Both the position numbers and the translations under genes were made by a program. The notes under the pieces are model-generated. The model was not told the DNA's origin. It did not search any database and was given only the letters and a program-made list of their open reading frames with translations. Positions 26,442-32,000 of a DNA stretch of 32,000 bases are shown piece by piece. Positions within the stretch are counted from its first letter, which is position 1. Every line of letters begins with the position of its first letter. The DNA is from Acidothermus cellulolyticus 11B (GTDB lineage Bacteria; Actinomycetota; Actinomycetes; Acidothermales; Acidothermaceae). The stretch lies in contig NC_008578.1 in NCBI RefSeq assembly GCF_000015025.1, forward strand, positions 2,370,001 through 2,402,000. The letters are read 5' to 3'.

Positions 26442-27605
26442 ATGCACGCCCATCCGACAACGAGGATGAGCGCCCGCGACTACATCGAGAAGGACTACTA
26501 CAAGGTCCTCGGCGTCCCTAAGGACGCGTCCATCGACGAAATCAAGAAGGCATACCGGAAACTGGCCCGCCAGTATCATCCGGATGCCAACAAGGGCGAC
26601 CCGAAGGCCGAGGAGCGGTTCAAGGAGATTTCGGAAGCCTACGACGTTCTCTCCGACGAGAAGAAGCGCAAGGAGTACGACGAAGCGCGCTCGCTCTTCG
26701 GCAGCGGCGGATTCCGCATCCCCACCGGCTCCGGCACCGGCACGACCGGAGGTTTCCCGTTCGACCTGGGTGACCTCTTCGGTGGGCTGCGCACCGGAGG
26801 CTTGGGCGACATTCTCGGCGGAATTTTCGGCGGCGGATCGCGGCGTGCCCAGCCGCGGCGCGGCGCGGACGTCGAGACCGAAATCACCATCAGCTTCACC
26901 GACGCGATTCGTGGTGTCACGGTGCCGATCCGGCTCACCAGCCCGGGACCGTGTCCGAGTTGTCACGGGACCGGAGCCCGTGCCGGCACCATGCCGCGCG
27001 TCTGCCCGAACTGTTCGGGTACCGGCATGGTGTCCCGGGTGGTCGGCGGTTTCGCGCTGTCCGAACCATGCCGGGAGTGTCGCGGCCGGGGTCTCGTCGT
27101 CGATGACCCCTGCCCGAGCTGCCGGGGCAGCGGCCGGGCGACGAGCGAGCGCACGCTGCAGGTGCGCATTCCCGCCGGTGTTGACGACGGCCAGCGCATC
27201 CGGCTCAAGGGGCGCGGCGCTCCCGGTGAGAACGGTGGACCGGCGGGCGACCTTATCGTCCTCGTGCATGTCCAACCGCACAAGGTCTTTGGCCGGTCCG
27301 GGCCGAACCTCACCCTCACGCTGCCGGTGACGTTCCCCGAGGCGGCGCTCGGCGCGACGATCGAGGTTCCGACGCTCGATGGGCCGGTGACCGTGAAGTT
27401 GCCGCCTGGGACGTCCAGCGGCCGTGTCCTGCGGGTGCGCGGCAAAGGCGCGCCACGCCGGGACGGCAGCCGCGGGGATCTGCTCGTCACCGTGGAGGTC
27501 GTCGTACCGAAGAAGCTGTCGAGCAAAGCCCGCGAGGCACTGGAAGCGTTCCGGAGTGCGACCGAGGACGAGAATCCCCGGGCCGGATTGCTGGTCGGCA
27601 GCTGA
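26442..27605 (+). CDS. dnaJ: Co-chaperone DnaJ (type I: J domain, G/F region, four CxxCxGxG zinc-finger repeats)
   Basis: ORF track 387 aa. DYYKVLGV...[14 protein letters not shown], a G/F-rich linker, then [24 protein letters not shown] and CPSCRGSG. The true start may be the ATG at 26466 (MSARDY). Confidence 0.96.
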   Translation: MHAHPTTRMSARDYIEKDYYKVLGVPKDASIDEIKKAYRKLARQYHPDANKGDPKAEERFKEISEAYDVLSDEKKRKEYDEARSLFGSGGFRIPTGSGTGTTGGFPFDLGDLFGGLRTGGLGDILGGIFGGGSRRAQPRRGADVETEITISFTDAIRGVTVPIRLTSPGPCPSCHGTGARAGTMPRVCPNCSGTGMVSRVVGGFALSEPCRECRGRGLVVDDPCPSCRGSGRATSERTLQVRIPAGVDDGQRIRLKGRGAPGENGGPAGDLIVLVHVQPHKVFGRSGPNLTLTLPVTFPEAALGATIEVPTLDGPVTVKLPPGTSSGRVLRVRGKGAPRRDGSRGDLLVTVEVVVPKKLSSKAREALEAFRSATEDENPRAGLLVGS

Positions 27606-27619
27606 GAGAGGAGGCTCAC

Positions 27620-28237
27620 ATGCTGGACGACGAGACGACACCGGTCTTTGTGATATCCGTCGCGGCGCAGCTCGCCGGATTGCACCCGCAGACCCTGCGG
27701 ACGTATGACCGGCTGGGCATTGTCTCCCCCGAGCGGACCCCCGGCGGTGGGCGCCGTTATTCCGCGCGGGACATCCAAGTGCTCCGGCAGGTACAGCAAC
27801 TTTCTCAGGAAGGCATCAATCTGGCCGGCATCAAGCGCATCTTGGCGCTGGAGAACGAAGTCGCGGCGCTGCGGCGTACGCTCGCCGAGTTGCGGCAAGC
27901 AATCGCCGACCTGCGTGACCAGCAGGTGCCGAATATTGCCGGTGCTCGCGGCGGGTATCGGCATGAGCTGATGCCGCTGCCGGAGACGAGCAGAGCCTTG
28001 CTCGCGTGGCAACCACGCCGCGTCGCACCGGATTTTCTTGCTGCGGCATACGCCGGATCGAACGGGGAATTCTCCCGAGAGCAAGAAATAGCGACACAAA
28101 CACCACCGTTTCCTGCTGCCGGCCCGCTCACTGACAACGCCGTGACCGGAGCACGAACAGACGATTCCCTGCGGGCGCAGCCGGCCGGTGACGCTACGGA
28201 CCGCAAAGGAGGCAGGCAATGGACGGCTACCGGCTGA
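27620..28237 (+). CDS. hspR: MerR-family heat-shock repressor HspR (with unusually long C-terminal tail)
   Basis: ORF track 205 aa. [67 protein letters not shown] is the HspR/MerR HTH. The gene sits immediately after dnaJ, with SD GAGAGGAGG upstream. Confidence 0.92.
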   Translation: MLDDETTPVFVISVAAQLAGLHPQTLRTYDRLGIVSPERTPGGGRRYSARDIQVLRQVQQLSQEGINLAGIKRILALENEVAALRRTLAELRQAIADLRDQQVPNIAGARGGYRHELMPLPETSRALLAWQPRRVAPDFLAAAYAGSNGEFSREQEIATQTPPFPAAGPLTDNAVTGARTDDSLRAQPAGDATDRKGGRQWTATG

Positions 28238-30813
28238 CGACGAAGAGCCAAGAGGCGCTCAACCAGGCGGTGCACGCGGCCGCCGAAGCCGGCCATCCTC
28301 ACGTAGAACCCGCACACCTTCTCATGGCTCTGCTCCAGCAGAGTGACGGCACGGCGCTTCCGCTTCTCCGGGCGGTCGGGGTGAATCCTGTTGCGCTTCA
28401 GGGCGACGTCCGGGAGATTCTGGACCGGCTGCCGCGGGCGAGCGGGGCAACCGTGGCACCGCCCGGCTTGGATCGGCCGTCCATTCAGGTGCTCAACGCT
28501 GCGGCGAAAGAGGCGGCCGAGCTCGGCGACGAGTACGTCTCCACCGAGCACCTGCTCGTCGGACTCGCCCGGGAAGGCGGCGCCGTCGCCGCGCTGCTGC
28601 GGCGTCACGGCGCCACACCGGAGAATCTCCTCGCCGCATTCGAACGGGTCCGCGGCCACGCGCGGGTCACCAGTCCCGACCCGGAGTCGACGTATCAAGC
28701 GCTCGAGAAATACGGCGTCGATCTGACCGAGCGGGCCCGCAAGGGCCAGCTCGACCCGATCATCGGGCGCGACACGGAAATCCGCCGGGTTATTCAGGTG
28801 CTGTCTCGCCGCACCAAAAACAATCCGGTTCTCATTGGCGAGCCGGGAGTCGGTAAGACGGCGATCGTGGAGGGGCTCGCGCAGCGGATCGTCGCGGGCG
28901 ACGTGCCGGAATCCCTGCGGGACAAGCGCCTCATCGCGCTTGACCTCGGTGCGATGGTCGCCGGAGCGAAGTACCGCGGTGAATTTGAGGAACGGCTCAA
29001 GGCCGTCCTCAACGAAATCAAGGAATCCAACGGCCAGGTCATCACCTTCATCGACGAGCTGCACACCGTCGTCGGTGCGGGCGCGGCGGAAGGTGCGATG
29101 GACGCCGGCAACATGCTGAAACCGATGTTGGCCCGCGGCGAACTCCGCATGATCGGCGCAACAACGCTCGATGAATACCGGGAGCGCATCGAAAAGGATC
29201 CTGCTTTGGAGCGGCGGTTCCAGCCGGTGTACGTCGGTGAGCCGTCGGTCGAAGACACCATTGGCATTCTTCGCGGCCTGAAATCGCGGTACGAGGCGCA
29301 CCACAAGGTGCAAATTTCGGACGCCGCGTTGGTGGCCGCCGCGACGCTCTCCCACCGCTTCATCAGCGGTCGATTTCTCCCGGACAAGGCGATAGACCTG
29401 GTCGATGAGGCCGCGAGCCGGCTGCGGATGGAAATCGACTCGTGGCCGGTCGAAATCGATGAGTTGCGGAGAACGGTTGACCGGCTGCGCATGGAGGAGC
29501 TGGCGCTGGCCAAAGAGGACGATCCGGCGAGCAAGGAGCGGTTGGAGCGTCTGCGTCGCGAACTCGCCGACAAGCAGGAACAGCTGAACGCCCTGGTCGC
29601 CCGCTGGGAGCGGGAGAAGGCCGCGCTCAACCGGGTCGGTGAGCTCAAGCAGCGTCTGGACGACCTGCGCAGCCAGGCCGAGCGGGCCCAGCGCGACGGC
29701 GACTTCGAAACCGCCTCCCGATTGATGTACGGAGAAATTCCGGCGCTCGAACGGGAACTCGCCGCAGCGCAGAGCAGCGGGGACGGCCACGGCGACACCA
29801 TGGTCAAGGAGGAAGTCGGTCCCGACGACATCGCCGAGGTGGTCTCCTCCTGGACCGGCATTCCCGCCGGGCGGCTCATGGAAGGAGAGGTCGGCAAGCT
29901 GCTGCGCATGGAAGAAGAGCTCGGACGCCGGGTGGTCGGCCAAGAGCACGCCGTCCGGGCGGTGTCCGATGCGGTCCGGCGGGCCCGCTCCGGGATCGCC
30001 GATCCCGACCGGCCGACCGGTTCCTTCCTCTTCCTCGGGCCCACCGGCGTCGGCAAGACCGAGCTTGCCAAGGCGCTTGCCGATTTTCTCTTTGACGACG
30101 AGCGGGCGATGGTCCGCATTGACATGAGCGAGTACTCCGAGAAGCACTCCGTCGCGCGGCTCATCGGCGCCCCGCCCGGTTACGTCGGCTACGAAGAAGG
30201 TGGTCAGCTGACCGAGGCGGTCCGCCGCCGGCCGTACTGCGTCATTCTTCTCGATGAGATCGAGAAGGCGCACGTCGAAGTCTTCGACATCCTCCTGCAA
30301 GTCCTCGACGACGGCCGGCTGACCGACGGCCAAGGCCGCACCGTCGATTTCCGCAACACGATTCTCATTCTCACCTCGAACCTCGGGTCGAATTACCTCA
30401 TCGATCCGACCCTCGACGACGAGGCGAAGCGGGAATCCGTCATGGCCGTCGTCCGGGCCACGTTCAAGCCGGAATTCCTCAACCGGCTTGACGAAATAAT
30501 CATTTTCAACGCCCTCGGCACCGCGGAGCTCGCGAAAATCGTCGACCTGCAGATCGAGCGGTTCCAGCGGCGATTGACCGACCGGCGGATCACGCTCGAG
30601 GTGACACCGGCCGCCCGGGAATGGCTTGCGCTCAACGGGTACGACGCGGTGTACGGCGCACGCCCGCTTCGGCGGCTCATCCAGACCGCCATCGGCGACC
30701 GGCTCGCCAAGGCGCTCCTCGCCGGCGACGTCCGGGACGGCGACACCGTGCTCGTCGACCTGACCGCTGACAAGACCGGCCTGGATCTGCGGGTCGCGGT
30801 GCCGAGCGCCTGA
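28219..30813 (+). CDS. clpB: ATP-dependent disaggregase ClpB
   Basis: ORF track 864 aa. Clp_N repeats; two AAA+ modules ([16 protein letters not shown]); a long coiled-coil M-domain between them. AAAGGAGG SD lies 5 nt before the ATG. The start lies 19 nt inside the hspR 3' end. Confidence 0.98.
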   Translation: MDGYRLTTKSQEALNQAVHAAAEAGHPHVEPAHLLMALLQQSDGTALPLLRAVGVNPVALQGDVREILDRLPRASGATVAPPGLDRPSIQVLNAAAKEAAELGDEYVSTEHLLVGLAREGGAVAALLRRHGATPENLLAAFERVRGHARVTSPDPESTYQALEKYGVDLTERARKGQLDPIIGRDTEIRRVIQVLSRRTKNNPVLIGEPGVGKTAIVEGLAQRIVAGDVPESLRDKRLIALDLGAMVAGAKYRGEFEERLKAVLNEIKESNGQVITFIDELHTVVGAGAAEGAMDAGNMLKPMLARGELRMIGATTLDEYRERIEKDPALERRFQPVYVGEPSVEDTIGILRGLKSRYEAHHKVQISDAALVAAATLSHRFISGRFLPDKAIDLVDEAASRLRMEIDSWPVEIDELRRTVDRLRMEELALAKEDDPASKERLERLRRELADKQEQLNALVARWEREKAALNRVGELKQRLDDLRSQAERAQRDGDFETASRLMYGEIPALERELAAAQSSGDGHGDTMVKEEVGPDDIAEVVSSWTGIPAGRLMEGEVGKLLRMEEELGRRVVGQEHAVRAVSDAVRRARSGIADPDRPTGSFLFLGPTGVGKTELAKALADFLFDDERAMVRIDMSEYSEKHSVARLIGAPPGYVGYEEGGQLTEAVRRRPYCVILLDEIEKAHVEVFDILLQVLDDGRLTDGQGRTVDFRNTILILTSNLGSNYLIDPTLDDEAKRESVMAVVRATFKPEFLNRLDEIIIFNALGTAELAKIVDLQIERFQRRLTDRRITLEVTPAAREWLALNGYDAVYGARPLRRLIQTAIGDRLAKALLAGDVRDGDTVLVDLTADKTGLDLRVAVPSA

Positions 30814-30851
30814 TTCGGCCGCGGGCATGTCCGCTGCCACCGAGCGCGGAA

Positions 30852-31826
30852 TCAGGCTGAGGCTTCCCCGGGAATCTCCTGGAGACGCGGGGGATCCGCG
30901 CCAGCCCGCTGACACGTCACGGCAGCCGCGGCTGCGGCAAATCGGAGCGCAGCCGCAAGCTCTCCCTCGTCGATGACGCGCAATTTCTCAATGCTGAGAG
31001 CGCCGTTGCGCGCGAAGTGGTGGAGCAATGCGCCGCTGAAGGTGTCCCCGGCCCCTATGGTGTCAACAACCGGGACGGACATTCCGGGCACGGTGACGGC
31101 CGCCCCGCTCGCACTTCGGGCCATTGCTCCGTCGGCCCCGAGGGTCAGCACCACGACGAGCGGACCAAGGCGCAGCCAGCGCAACAGCACGTCGTCCGGT
31201 GACACACCGGGGTACAGCCACCGCACGTCGTCCACGCTCGCCTTCACGATGTGCGCGTGCTCGAGCCACCGCTCGACGGCCGCCCGGTACTGCGCGGGAT
31301 CCGGGCAGAGCACGGCCCGCACATTCGGATCGACGGAAATCACCCGGTGCGGGAATTCCCGGCGAAGCACGCCTTCCACCACGGCCCCCCCGGGTGGACG
31401 CATCAACGCCATCGATCCCGCATGGAGGGCCACTGTCTCTGGGCCGAACACCGGCGGAAATTCCTCGATCCGCCATTGCCAATCCGCCGTACCCTCCAGG
31501 TAGAACGAGTAACGCGCGTTGCCTGCCTCGTCGAATGAGACGACGGCAAGGGTCGATGGTTCCCGCGCGGTGACCACGTACCGCATGTCAACGTGCTCGC
31601 GCATCAGCCGGTCGCGGAGCAGCACGCCGAACGGATCCGTCGCAATGCGGGCGAGCATTGCGACCGGCGTGCCAAGCCGGGCCAAGGCGACGGCGACATT
31701 CGCCGGGCTCCCGCCCGGCAATGCCCGCCACAGGCCGTCGCCCGCCGGTACGAGATCGACCAGCGTTTCACCGCATACCACGATCACGCGACACTCCTGG
31801 CGTCCCCGGTGACGGTCATGAATCAC
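30852..31826 (-). CDS. PfkB-family carbohydrate kinase (fructokinase-like)
   Basis: ORF track 324 aa. N-terminal VVCGETLVDLV....G......PGGSPANVAVALARLG and C-terminal DTIGAGDTFSGALL (PfkB signature 2). Its GTG start at 31826 overlaps the upstream gene's TGA (GTGA). Confidence 0.85.
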   Translation of the reverse strand: MIHDRHRGRQECRVIVVCGETLVDLVPAGDGLWRALPGGSPANVAVALARLGTPVAMLARIATDPFGVLLRDRLMREHVDMRYVVTAREPSTLAVVSFDEAGNARYSFYLEGTADWQWRIEEFPPVFGPETVALHAGSMALMRPPGGAVVEGVLRREFPHRVISVDPNVRAVLCPDPAQYRAAVERWLEHAHIVKASVDDVRWLYPGVSPDDVLLRWLRLGPLVVVLTLGADGAMARSASGAAVTVPGMSVPVVDTIGAGDTFSGALLHHFARNGALSIEKLRVIDEGELAAALRFAAAAAAVTCQRAGADPPRLQEIPGEASA

Positions 31827-32000
31827 CCACGCAGCCGCGCCAGCCGCCGCAATGCCTCGGCCAGCACGTCCTCGCGCTTGCAGAAGGCGAACCGAACCAA
31901 TGGACGTCCGATGTCGGCGTGGTCGTAGAAAACGACGTGCGGAATCGCCGCGACACCCACTCGGTACGGAAGATCCCGACAGAAGGCGAGTCCGTCCAGG
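31823..32000 (-). CDS. Class I/II (PLP-dependent) aminotransferase, C-terminal ~58 codons only (N-terminus beyond the right edge)
   Basis: Own minus-strand translation: ...LDGLAFCRDLPYRVGVAAIPHVVFYDHADIGRPLVRFAFCKREDVLAEALRRLARLRG*. The V.AIP..VFY.......VRFAFCK....L.EA..RL tail is typical of aminotransferase C-termini. Stop at 31825-31823. Confidence 0.6.
   Translation of the reverse strand, partial: LDGLAFCRDLPYRVGVAAIPHVVFYDHADIGRPLVRFAFCKREDVLAEALRRLARLRG

Noticed and set aside
26040-27641. 533-aa minus-strand ORF antisense to grpE-dnaJ; similar long antisense ORFs at 23523-24170, 24612-25280 (dnaK), 20418-21875 (Fe-S reductase), 6237-7298 and 7377-8447 (kinase), 8485-9528 (qor), 1614-2456 (NlpC/P60), 11193-12020 and 11792-12451 (serS/pheA), 19161-19871 (dcd/tRNA-Gly)
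   Set aside because: Same high-GC shadow-frame artefact. In every case the opposite strand carries a confidently recognised gene, and the antisense products are Arg/Pro/Ala/Gly-biased without motifs. The 19161-19871 ORF would also run through a tRNA gene.
27805-30915. 1036-aa uninterrupted ORF on the minus strand covering the whole of clpB
   Set aside because: Classic shadow ORF. In a genome with G/C at most third codon positions, the antisense frame rarely generates stop codons. The product is an Arg/Gly/Pro/Val-rich low-complexity sequence with no recognisable domain. The + strand encodes a textbook ClpB with SD and both AAA+ modules.

Overview
High-GC (about 68-70%) actinobacterial chromosomal core region, densely coded with mostly housekeeping genes. 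Gene order resembles the Mycobacterium/Streptomyces dcd - Fe-S reductase - dnaK neighbourhood. Left to right: (1) a Fur-family regulator translationally coupled to a monofunctional catalase, with a composite palindrome upstream; (2) a RipA-like NlpC/P60 cell-wall endopeptidase preceded by a clear ydaO-class cyclic-di-AMP riboswitch; (3) a small membrane protein, manA and tRNA-Ser(UGA); (4) a cytoplasmic PAS hybrid histidine kinase overlapping a REC-EAL c-di-GMP phosphodiesterase; (5) quinone oxidoreductase, the proteasome activator Bpa, and a pheA-serS-HAD operon with overlapping stop/start codons; (6) DUF4446, a stand-alone PAS protein, a 690-nt unassigned gap, an orphan RsbW-like kinase, a 540-nt gap, YbjQ, a membrane protein and a large Pro-rich membrane-anchored protein; (7) tRNA-Gly(CCC), dcd, an Rv0338c-like membrane Fe-S/CCG reductase and an M48-like protein with a degenerate HExxH motif; (8) a contiguous dnaK-grpE-dnaJ-hspR-clpB heat-shock cluster behind one promoter/HAIR operator; (9) a PfkB sugar kinase and the 3' end of an aminotransferase. 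I see no CRISPR array, transposase, integrase, prophage or recognisable defence or toxin-antitoxin module, and I cannot point to a convincing novel multi-gene system. The points most worth follow-up are the two large gene-free gaps around the orphan anti-sigma-type kinase, several precise direct repeats in promoter or 3' regions, the everted HAIR-type heptamers upstream of the fur-catalase operon, the Hpt-less hybrid-HK/REC-EAL pair, and the pseudo-peptidase divergent from dnaK. All functional calls rest on motif recognition by eye in the supplied translations or my own translations. No database search was run.
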